Assembly (NCBI RefSeq): GCF_001194135.2
Contig: NC_068994.1
Location: forward strand, 10,417,167 to 10,462,230
Length of the DNA stretch: 45,064 nt
From: Octopus bimaculoides
Lineage: Eukaryota
Direction of reading: 5' to 3'
Shown here: one piece after another, positions 1 through 9,163 of the stretch
Numbering within the stretch: position 1 is the first letter of the stretch
Layout of the letters: each line of letters begins with the position of its first letter
The notes under the pieces: generated by a model
The model's database searches: none
The model's input: the letters and a program-made list of their open reading frames with translations, nothing else
Told to the model about the DNA's origin: nothing
Made by a program: the position numbers and the translations under genes

Positions 1-29
1 GGCAACCCACACACCCAAGTCGTGCCATT

Positions 30-579
30 TCACATTCTGAGTTGAATTCTGAACCGGAGAAGTGCTGGTTGAACTGTGTGTATATCTGGTTTCGGTAGCT
101 GTTGTATTTGTTCAGAGATGTATGTATTTTCTTTGTAATCTTTTATATATTGTTTCCAAATTGTAAGCCACATCAGTGGGTTCAATTCCTTTTGTCCCAG
201 TTGTTTAAGTTCTGGCATTGCTTTTCTTGTGTTGTATAATATCATGCATGCTTTCAAAGCTTTATTCTTCTTGTGGGCATCTATCCCACGGGTTCGTATT
301 TGATGTACTGAGGCATGGTGTACATTTTATGATTCTCTCATTCTGGTGTTTAATGTTAACGTATATGTTTGTTCCTTCTAAGATACATTTTGCCTCTTCC
401 ACGTTAGTGTTTAAGAACCACATTTCGTCGGTAAATATTAATGTCTTGTCGATGCCTGTGCCGAACGTAAAGTTGTCAGATGCCTGACATCTCATGAGTC
501 CGTTTCTTATGGAGCGCAGAATATAGCTTTTGCCGGAGTTTGGGACTCCTGTTATATGAAAGGAATTAATCTTGTGGCA
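30..579 (-). pseudogene. NS1: Endogenous parvoviral element: C-terminal half of a densovirus-like NS1 (SF3 helicase), frameshifted near 262
   Basis: Manual translation gives HKINSFHITGVPNSGKSYIL (Walker A), KTLIFTDE (Walker B), EEAKCILEGTNIYVNIKHQ (motif B') and KCTPCLSTSN (motif C). After a frameshift it continues KALKACMILYNTRKAMPELKQLGQKELNPLMWLTIWKQY. Motif order and spacing match the parvoviral NS1 helicase and its C-terminus. The N-terminal side is cut at the SINE at 581. Confidence 0.9.
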
Positions 580-580
580 T

Positions 581-847
581 GGAGGCGCAATGGCCCAGTG
601 GTTAGGGCAGCAGACTCGCGGTTTTGATTGCCAGACCGGGCGTTGTGAGTGTTTATTGAGCGAAAACACCTAAAAGCTCCACGAGGCTCCGGCAGGGGAT
701 GGTGGCAAACCCTGCTGTACTCTTTCACCACAACTTTCTCTTACTCTTACTTCCTGTTTCTGTTGTACCTGTAATTCAAAGGGTCAGCCTTGTCACACTG
801 TGTCACACTGAATATCCCCGAGAACTACGTTAAGGGTACACGTGTCT
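581..847 (+). mobile_element. tRNA-derived SINE family A, 3'-truncated copy
   Basis: A box TGGCCCAGTGG and a degenerate B box. Colinear with copies at 9663, 39436 and 40748. Has a 14-nt deletion between two CGCGG repeats in the head and stops at ...gggtacacgtgtct. Confidence 0.9.
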
Positions 848-854
848 AATCTTG

Positions 855-1145
855 AATCTTGCCAGTTTGTGTCCTGTTCCTTTCCCGATTTCAAGAGGTA
901 CTACGAGAACGTGAGCCACTCCAAGACTGTGAACGAGAGCGGCAAAGATTGTCCAAGCGATGTGTAAGGCTATTGAGCCTGCCAAGAATGTCGTTATTGG
1001 ACAAAGGAGAGGACTGCTGAGGAACGACTGGAGGGGACTCAGTGCAGTGACAAACAGCACGAGAATGGTTGCCAGAAAATTCTAGAATTTTGTCGGCCAT
1101 TGCAGCGACATTATCCAGTGTTGGACAGGAGCCGCCCGCCAAACT
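855..1145 (-). mobile_element. Gypsy/Ty3 LTR-retrotransposon gag C-terminal fragment
   Basis: LAGGSCPTLDNVAAMADKILEF...DILGRLNSLTHRLDNLCRSRSQSWSGSRSRSTS matches the 'LDKLAxMADKIxE...coiled coil...RSRSRS' pattern of a common invertebrate Gypsy gag. The CWYH knuckle, protease and LTRs are absent. Confidence 0.75.
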
Positions 1146-1149
1146 CTGC

Positions 1150-1660
1150 TTCTCTTAATCATTGTTCTTTTATAAATTTATACATAAATTTAAAATTTGA
1201 AGCTATAAACTTCTTATTTTACAATTTCAATTTATCATATCTTTGTAATGAGTCATTTGCCTCTTACACTTTTCTTTTTATGGGCCACAAGCCCTTTCAA
1301 TATGAGGCACTCGTCCTCATACATTTTACTGCCCGACCAGACTCCATGCTTCACTTAAGCTCCTCGGTGGTTCTTCATCGGGCACCTTCAGTAAAAAGCG
1401 GAATACGTCTTTGGGGAAGGAATTCATCACCCTGCACAAGTCTGTTTCCCACACGACCTCCGCAGTCATCTGGAGGCCAGCTAGGGTCCTTGGTACATGT
1501 GAGGATCCCTCTCGTCTGACCCTTCCTTGCAAACTTTTTAACAAAATTTTCAACAGCCCCTCCCTTGTGGAAGAGGACGACAAATTCCTCATCCTCATAG
1601 GGCGAGGCCTCAGGTTCTACTGTCGGCGGCACAATTCCCACCGACAGGAAATATACAGTT
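1150..1660 (-). pseudogene. Possible degraded N-terminal part of the parvoviral NS cassette (NS1 with an overlapping second frame)
   Basis: Two overlapping same-strand ORFs (1375-1641 and 1326-1598). The first frame continues through several stops to ...SNFKFMYKFIKEQ*LRE at the gag junction. Same strand as, and upstream of, the helicase. No HUH motif is recognisable, so the assignment is weak. Confidence 0.3.
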
Positions 1661-2329
1661 CAACAAACGGTCGACAGTGCCTTTTAAAACTGCAACAATC
1701 CAAAAAAGTGAAATGGAATTTATGACTACACGAGGGAATCGCATCAGAGAACTTATTTGATGTGTTTAAACTATATGTTCTAAGGGTAATGTACAATTCC
1801 CTTATACATGTCGTGCATTTATTTGAAGTAGCACTATAAGCGGGAAGGGGCCTCTGCAGTTATGGCCCAGGATGAAGAATAATCAATGTTGCTATCTCTT
1901 AGAGTTATTGAGTTGACAAGTTAAAATGTTAACAGAAAAATTTAGAAGTATGAATTATACAAACCTGTTGAAAAATTTCGATGGTGACAAGTTTAAATGT
2001 TCATAAGTCAATATTAAAACTGTGCATCGATTTGTTTGAATGTACAAGGCTCATTAGTGTGAGCGACAAGAAATGAATATTATCAAAGTTTGTCATACTG
2101 AGTTAAGACGAAAAAATAAAACAAGGGAGAAATGAAAATAGTAAAAAAGGGGATTTGGTTTACGATTTCTCTGATCCTCTTTCCGCCATGTGTAGAAACT
2201 TTCACTTGTAAGCAGTGTGTTTTGGAATCTGATGTATTTATAATTTTTTCCGCAAACGGTTCTGATTTTTGATTTGTTAAAAGTACTGATGACCTATCTC
2301 TAAGCAATTTCAGAAGGCTTCAGAGTTTA

Positions 2330-2975
2330 GCACTCTTTTATTGCCTTCCAACGATTTCCTTAAATTCGTTCACCTATGCATTGACACAGAAAGAAAGGTG
2401 TATAACCTTTGTATGAAACCAAAATAGCTGACTACTTCAGCACAGCAAGAAGCAACAGCTTGTTGAACAAGATTCAACGAATGAAAACTGCAGCTGGATT
2501 CTTTTCTTTGAGTCTGGTTTGCATTCCTGTATAATGACCAGACATATTACTGGTGTCGTCATAGGATTGTCTCTTGCAGTCTTCAAAATTTATACCCTCT
2601 TTTCATAGATGCAGCCAGTACTGCCGCTTTGTGGAAAGCTTTTATCAGCTTACCAGAAATAACATAACGTGTAATAACTGTTAGCTTGGTCTGGTGTTGA
2701 ATCTACAGAAACAGAGAAATACTTGGCAGTTTTAAGTTCTGCAACAATATAATTCTTTACATATTTTGATATCAATGAAACAATTTCTTCGTAGATGGCA
2801 GGTGACAAGTATGACTGTTTACCACTTCCAGGATTGCCTAATTTTTCCAAATGGTCTTAGAAATGGATCAAATTGTGCTATAAGTTCCATAATTCCCAGA
2901 AATTTCTCATTGTGTTTAGAGCCTATTATTTCTTCACCACCTCTAAATGCCAGGCCTCTCTCAGAAAATGTGGAT
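2330..2975 (-). mobile_element. hAT-superfamily (ZMYM1-like/DUF4371-type) transposase relic
   Basis: SERGLAFRGGEEIIGSKHNEKFLGIMELIAQFDPFL / HLEKLGNPGSGKQSYLSPAIYEEIVSLISKYVKNYIVAELKTAKYFSVSVDSTPD / GINFEDCKRQSYDDTSNMSGHYTGMQTRLKEKNPAAVFI / SLNLV...YFGFIQRLYTFLSVSMHR*. Several frameshifts and deletions. Confidence 0.9.
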
Positions 2976-3190
2976 TTGGTAGACAGAAACTGAAAGAAGC
3001 CTTTTGTGTGTGTCTTGTTTGTTTACATTCCCTTGTTTTGGCAAAGAGAGACCAATAGAATAAGTATCATTCACTAATAATTTAAAATAAAAAAAAAAGA
3101 CCTAGGGTCGATTTGTTCAACTAAACTCTTCAAGGCAGTGTCCTGGCATCACTGCAGTCTAGTGAATGAAACTAATCAGTAAGAGATAAA
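2976..3190 (+). mobile_element. SINE fragments (CORE-type body and tail)
   Basis: ttggtagacagaaactgaaagaagcc and gtcgatttgttcaactaaa...cttcaaggcagtg motifs recur at 23400-23610, 28300-28440, 37016 and 40125. Confidence 0.65.
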
Positions 3191-3261
3191 TAATAGAATT
3201 ATAAGCATTCAAAATTATTATCAGAGAGAGTTTTGAAATCTCAAAAAAGAAAGGCTTTTTT

Positions 3262-3291
3262 TTTTTTTTTTCAATATGGTCACTGCAGTAA

Positions 3292-3324
<33 letters not shown>

Positions 3325-3700
3325 CCTATATGGTTGCTGCAGTAGAATTTTTTTTTCCTATATGGTCACTGCAGTAGAATTTTTTTTTNNNNNNNNNNNN
3401 NNNNNNNNNNNNNTTTTTTTTTTTTTTTTTTTTTTTTTTTTCCTATATGGTTGCTGCAGTAGAATTTTTTTTTCCTATATGGTCACTGCAGTAGAATTTT
3501 TTTTTTTTTTATGGTCACTGCAGTAGAATTTTTTTTTTTTCTTATAGTCACTGCAGTAGAAAATTTTTTTTTCCTATATGGTCGCTGCAGTATTTTTTTC
3601 TTACATGGTCCCTGCAGTAGAATTTTTTTCCTATATGTTCACTGCAGTAGTTTTTTTTTGTTTTTTTTTTTCTCTCATATCGTCACTGCAGTAGAATTTT
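3262..3700. repeat. ~30-35 bp minisatellite, T(n)-CCTATATGGTCACTGCAGTAGAA
   Basis: 11 CTGCAG-containing units are visible, separated by variable T runs, with one N gap inside. Confidence 0.95.
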
Positions 3701-3894
3701 ATGAGGCTTTGGCATTGTAGTGTCTGTTTGAAGAAAAAAAAATCAAAAATATTTTGTCAAATCTTGAATTTGGTTAATTATTATGTTATGTTTGTCAAAA
3801 TATTTGGGTTTTCTGATTGGTCATTTGTTGTCCATTAATTGTATTTATGAATCATTTGTAAATGATATACGAATATGAACACAGGTAATCATTT

Positions 3895-4137
3895 TTAACC
3901 CTTTAGCATTCAGATTACTCTTAATTGTGCTGCCTGTTTAATCACATTGTTTTAAATTAATCATACATTAACTCATAGTTTTGAGATTTCAATGATGCTT
4001 TAGTTTTAAAATGGCACTGTAGGGTACATGCGAGAGGCCTGGTTTTGACACAGATGTTAATAAAACAGGTACCATATTTTCTAGCTTACAAGTCAAAATT
4101 TTCAGACGGTCATTCATAGCCAAAAAAGCTAGGTTAA
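3895..4137. mobile_element. piggyBac-type non-autonomous MITE, degenerate right end
   Basis: Left end TTAA-CCCTTTAGCATT. Right end ...AAAGCTAGG-TTAA is only a partial inverted match. Confidence 0.45.
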
Positions 4138-4415
4138 CTGTTTGAAGAACAAATTCCCTCTGAAATGCAGCAGGATTTGGAAAGATATTTGGATGTTTAC
4201 ACAATATGCTATGGTGGCTTGTATGCTGGAAAATATGGTGAAGTGTCTGGGCCAGTTCAATTACATATGTAATATTTTCCCAATGTTAGTTAATGTCAGC
4301 GTTTTTTTTTCTTCATTGTAAGTTGTCATTATCAATGTACTTAACAAAATATTGGTGAAATAAACTCTATTTTTACACTAGAATTCTTGTTTTATTTCCT
4401 TATTTTTTCTTTCTT

Positions 4416-4578
4416 CATTATCATCATCATCGTTTAACGTCCGCTTTCCATGCTAGCATGGGCTGGACGATTTGACTGAGGACTGGCAAGCCAGAAGGCT
4501 GCACTAGGCTCCAATCTGATCTGGCAGAGTTTCTACAGCTGGATGCCCTTCCTAACGCCAACCGCTCTGAGAGTGTAG
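4416..4578 (-). mobile_element. 3' part of SINE family with Meta-like domain and (GAT)n tail
   Basis: Reverse complement of the 20790-20959 sequence (ggcgttaggaagggcatccagctgtagaaac...gcggacgttaaacgatgatg). Confidence 0.85.
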
Positions 4579-5199
4579 TTTCATATTTCTTGTCCTTTAG
4601 AACTATCACACAATGTCAAGACCAGGAGACAAAAAAACACAGTGGGATTGAACCAAGAACCATATGGCTAGGTAGTCAGATACTCAACCATAAGGGATGG
4701 CCCGTATTGCACTACCAAGATTGACAAGTAATTCTCAGTAAAACATAGTGTTTGTGATGGCGTTCCCGATATATCAAGAAAACATGGTATGGCCAAGAAA
4801 TTTGCCTCCCAACCACGTGGTTCCAGGTTCAGTCTCATGTACCACCAAGTGTCTTCTATAGCCATGCGCCAACCAAAATCTTTTAGGTGGATCTGGTTGA
4901 CAGAAACTTTGATGTGTTTAAGTATTGAAGGCGATTCATTCAACTAAAATTCCTTGAAGCATTGCTCCAGCAAGGCCACAGTCTAATGACTGAAACATGT
5001 GAAAGACGTGTGTTTGCATTTGTGCTTCTCCAAAAATTACTCGGCCATGGGCAATGATAATAATATCGTTTTCCTTGTTCATGGGTCATGAAGGTTTTGT
5101 GCCTATGAAAGATACCCCTTCCTTGAAAAACATAAGGGTTAACAATAGAAAAGGCATTCAGCTGTTAAAACATGTCAGTAATATATTTACCAGGTGCAA

Positions 5200-5570
5200 G
5201 CGAGGGTGTCTGGTAAGGAGATTCCTTGGTTGTATGGCCTCGGGTTCAGTCGCACTGTGTGCCACTGATGGCAAGCGTCATCTATAGACCCATGCCAACT
5301 AAAGTCTCAGGAGTAAATTTGTTAAACGGAAATTGAAACCAAATCGTCGTTTGTGTGTCGCTGTCTCCTTGCCTTGAGTAAACGAAATTACTGTCACACA
5401 AGTGGTATCCTTCATTTCTGATCTTCTGGACTGCGGGAATATTACCTTACTTGGAAACAGGTGAGTATTGGCTCAGCAAAGACCTGGCTGTAGAAAGAAA
5501 AATACGCTTGTATAAATTCTGTCTGACCCATGCAAGCATGGAAAAGTGGACGTTAAAACAATGATGTTAG
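5200..5570 (+). mobile_element. Old diverged SINE (CORE-type head, ...ggacgttaaa..gatg tail)
   Basis: B-box-like ctcgggttcagtc. Tail cccatgcaagcatggaaaagtggacgttaaa is shared with 20905-20940 and 24241. Confidence 0.6.
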
Positions 5571-6480
5571 CATGGAAAAAAAAATTGAAAGTTACGAAGA
5601 GGTAATATTGTGGAGTTGGGTAGAGAAGTATACTTATGTAGTAATGCCAAGCTGACGTAAATTAAAGCCAGTTTTCTTCAGCTTTCTATTTCTTCAACAA
5701 ATATGAAAGGATATAGGAATCAACATAATTCTGTCGATACTGGATTGAGCTTGTAATCTGTAGAAAATAGCGCTGTAAATGTTTGAGCAAATTTTATATT
5801 TCCAACAGTATAAACTACCACGCAGTAAATTGATTATGATTTGTGACTGAAGCGTAATAAAGAAAGAAGTTTCAAATCTGTATTTTGATAAAAATATATT
5901 AAAACTGGATTTCATAAAAAATTTTCCAGACAATCTAACCGTTTATAGTAAAAGTTACATAATAACAATTTATTAATAAGTAGCTTTCTTCATTATGGAG
6001 TAGATTATTATTATTATTATCATATTTAAGACCAGCAAAGAATTCAGAAACATCAAAGGAATGAGAAAAAGAAATTACTTTTTTTTTTTTTTTTATAAAC
6101 GAAATTTTGAGAATATTTTTGCGCAGTCTTAATATCCGACGAAGGAATTTTCGAGAAGTAAATAATTATGGTATGTGCTTACTCCAAAACATTACTGCCG
6201 AAAGATATTCATAGCATTGGATAGATAGCATGTTTATCTTCGATTGAAAAGAAGTCTTTTATAGTGAGCACATTGTTATTTATCTAAAAAAAAACTATGA
6301 TTAATTTTGGGAGCAATTGCTGACCAAATTCGTATAAAATTGTATATAAATTACTGCTAAACTTAAATTAATATAATTGACATTGAATATTTTGCAGTAC
6401 AGTAGCAAAATCGAAAAAGTAATAAGAGCAATAACACTAATAGTAATGATTTCAAAATTTGGCTCCAGGCCAGCAAGTTC

Positions 6481-6645
6481 GGGGAAGGGTATAAGTCGAT
6501 TACATCGACCCCAGTGCTCAGCTGGTACTTATTTTATCGACCCCGAAAGGATGAAAGGCAAAATATACCTCGGCAGATTTTGAACTCAGAGCGTAAGGAC
6601 GGATTAAATGCTGCTAAACATTTTGCCCAGAGCGGTAATGATTCT
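6481..6645 (-). mobile_element. tRNA-derived SINE with Nin/Deu-type core
   Basis: ctggtacttattttatcgaccccgaaaggatgaaaggcaaa core. Other minus-strand copies lie at ~7530-7745, 10575-10775, 21925-21975, 22450-22575, 22895-23100, 25425-25660, 30640-30820 and 43745-43885. Plus-strand copies lie at ~35100-35230, 35290-35450, 38597-38760 and 38805-38950. Confidence 0.85.
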
Positions 6646-6905
6646 CCTATCATAGTAGGTGCCTTAGGTATAATAAAAAAATATTCAGACAAATACATAA
6701 CAAAACACCAGGACTTACAAATATATATAACATACAGAAAATTGCACTACTGGGCACTGCACACATTCTACGCAAAACACTTTCAATACAGTAACCATAA
6801 GAGCATCACAGCAAACCACAGCACATACCCAAGGCACACAGAGCTGCGCTCGGTAGTGAAGTGAAAGCACGTTATAAAAATAAAACTACTGAACAATAAT
6901 AATAA
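6646..6905 (+). mobile_element. 3' end of an R4/Dong-like (restriction-like endonuclease) non-LTR retrotransposon with (AAT)n tail
   Basis: PIIVGALGIIKKYSDKYIT(fs)KTPGLTNIYNIQKIALLGTAHILRKTLSIQ* (stop 6792-6794), then a 3'UTR and AAT tail. A second copy is at 31612-31830. Confidence 0.8.
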
Positions 6906-7746
6906 ATTCATTCTACTGGAAGTACATTTTGATAAAAATATATTAAAACTAGACTTTATAAAAAAGAATTTCCAGACAATCTAACCGTTTATAGTTTCTT
7001 TCTTTTGGTAAAAGTTACATAATAACAATTTATTAATAAGTAGCTTTCTTCATTATGGAGTAGATTATTATTATTATTATCATCATATTTAAGACCAGCA
7101 AAGAATTCAGAAACATGAAAGGAATGAGCTCAGATCGTGAAGACGGACGAAACACCACTAAGCATNNNNNNNNNNNNNNNNNNNNNNNNNNNNNNNNNNN
7201 NNNNNNNNNNNNNNNNNNNNNNNNNNNNNNNNNNNNNNNNNNNNNNNNNNNNNNNNNNNNNNNNNNNNNNNNNNNNNNNNNNNNNNNNNNNNNNNNNNNN
7301 NNNNNNNNNNNNNNNNNNNNNNNNNNNNNNNNNNNNNNNNNNNNNNNNNNNNNNNNNNNNNNNNNNNNNNNNNNNNNNNNNNNNNNNNNNNNNNNNNNNN
7401 NNNNNNNNNNNNATGAAAGACAAAGTCGGCCTCAGCCGAATTTGAACTCAGAAAGTGAAGACTGTTAGGCATTTTGCCCGGAGTGCTAACGATTCTGCCA
7501 GCACGCCAAATTATTATTATTATTATTATTAATCCTTTCGGTTATGGGCACAAGGCCTGAAATTTGAGGGGAGGGGTCTAGTCGATTACATTGATCTCAG
7601 CGTTCAACTGGTACTCATTTTATCGACCCCGAAAGAATAAAAGACGACGTCAACCTTGGTCGCATTTGAACTCAGAACGTAAAGACGGACGAAATGCCGC
7701 AAAGTATTTTTCCTGGCGTGCTAATGATTCTGCCAGCTCGCCGCCT

Positions 7747-7790
<44 letters not shown>

Positions 7791-7837
7791 TACAACAATA
7801 AATGTATAAATAAATGTAGTCTTTTTACCTGAAAATA

Positions 7838-8080
7838 ATCGATTCAGCATCCCATGCTGTGATATAAATTATGGAAGAAGAAGAAGAAGAAAAAATTTAC
7901 GTTAGAAAATTAATGAAGGAATCAATTATCTAATGTCAAACGGTGACCTCAAACATGACTCCAAAGGTAACAACTATGGATTTTTGCTATTTTAAATACA
8001 GTCTGTAAGAGATTCCTGCAGAGATGTTGAAGAGTAATTAGGTATTGACAAAGTGTGGTGCGATTGTTATAAACAATAAG
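7838..8080. other. Dispersed paralogous non-coding element, copy 1 (copy 2 at 23878-24130)
   Basis: Core 7899-8010 vs 23947-24058 is 110/112 identical with no indels. Flanks are more diverged. No open frame spans it. Confidence 0.9.
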
Positions 8081-8779
8081 CAGATAAAAAAAAGAGCCAA
8101 GTAGTTGGGTATTGTTACGTCAGTAATGTTGAGGCTATGCCACGTTCGCCGGCAACAACGAGCTGCAGGTTTTTTAGGTGATAAGTGATAGGCTCTGAAA
8201 AGAAAAAAGCCTCCCTGTAGTATCGTGTAATATATTCTTTTACTTGTTTCTGTCATTTCACTGCGGCCGTGCTGCAGCACCGCCTTGGAGTGTTTTAGTC
8301 GAACAAATCGACCCCAGGACTTTTTTTAAACTTAGTACTTACCACACAGCCACTCCGACATTCGTACTCTACTGGTATTTTATTTTCTCGACAATGGAAG
8401 ACTAAAAGGCAGAGTTGATTTCTAAGTAATTTGAACTCAGNNNNNNNNNNNNNNNNNNNNNNNNNNNNNNNNNNNNNNNNNNNNNNNNNNNNNNNNNNNN
8501 NNNNNNNNNCCCCAGGACTTTTTTTTTTAACCTAGTACTTACCACACAGCCACTCCGACATTCGTACTCTACTGGGATTTTATTTTCTCGACAATGGAAG
8601 ACTAAAAGGCAGAGTTGATTTCTAAGTAATTTGAACTCAGAACGTAAACTGTCTCATTATTGCAAAGTTGCTGACAAGAATTTCTCAGTCAAACGAAGGA
8701 AAAAGAAACAGTATGTAATTTCAGAAATATATAGTACTTCCATCTAAAAGGCAAATACCCAGAAAATACATTTCGTATT

Positions 8780-8965
8780 GTACAGTTATCTCCGTCAATA
8801 ATACATCAACAAGCTATAGAGCAGATAAAGAGAATTCATTCAAAAGTTGCTTGCTCCAACAAAATATCTAATTACATCAGACATATTCAGAACAACACAT
8901 CCCTTTCTAAATATATTTGGAGTATAAGAGATAAATGAGAGACAACCAGAATTATATGCGTAGAA
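8780..8965 (+). mobile_element. Penelope-like element relic (GIY-YIG C-terminal region)
   Basis: ENSFK...(fs)NNTSLSKYIWSIRDK matches the conserved 'T.LSKYIW.LKD' Penelope motif. Confidence 0.55.
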
Positions 8966-9163
8966 CTCAATAAAAATATGAGTTCTTAGGAATAAATCGA
9001 ATTACTGCGATTCCTTACAAATAACCTTTACGTCATATGCCCTTCAACATCAATCCTTAGAATAAAAAATCCCCTAATTTCAATCAGCTAATATTCAAAT
9101 TCTTTACGAACTTTTAAATAAGCAATCCTCACTCTTAATGAATCCACCACAAAGTTTACTCCT

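Larger units (their letters stand above)
5882..7128 (+). repeat. Direct duplication of ~190 bp (5882-6065 and 6926-7128)
   Basis: Near-identical AT-rich blocks from attttgataaaaatatattaaaact to ggaatgag. The second copy has a ~15-nt insertion. Confidence 0.9.

Noticed and set aside
1860-2010. Possible plus-strand hAT C-terminal dimerisation remnant (MAQD...NYTNLLKNF)
   Set aside because: Too degenerate, and the ERSFS motif is not recognisable.
3262-3700. CRISPR-like repeat-spacer pattern
   Set aside because: The 'spacers' are just T runs, the context is eukaryotic and there are no cas genes.
8313-8640. Duplications flanking small N gaps (8313-8440/8511-8640; also 24555-24628/24731-24800, 16473-16512/16523-16560, 11742-11989/12076-12323)
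   Set aside because: Near-identical sequence on both sides of a gap is the usual sign of unmerged contig overlaps or haplotypes.
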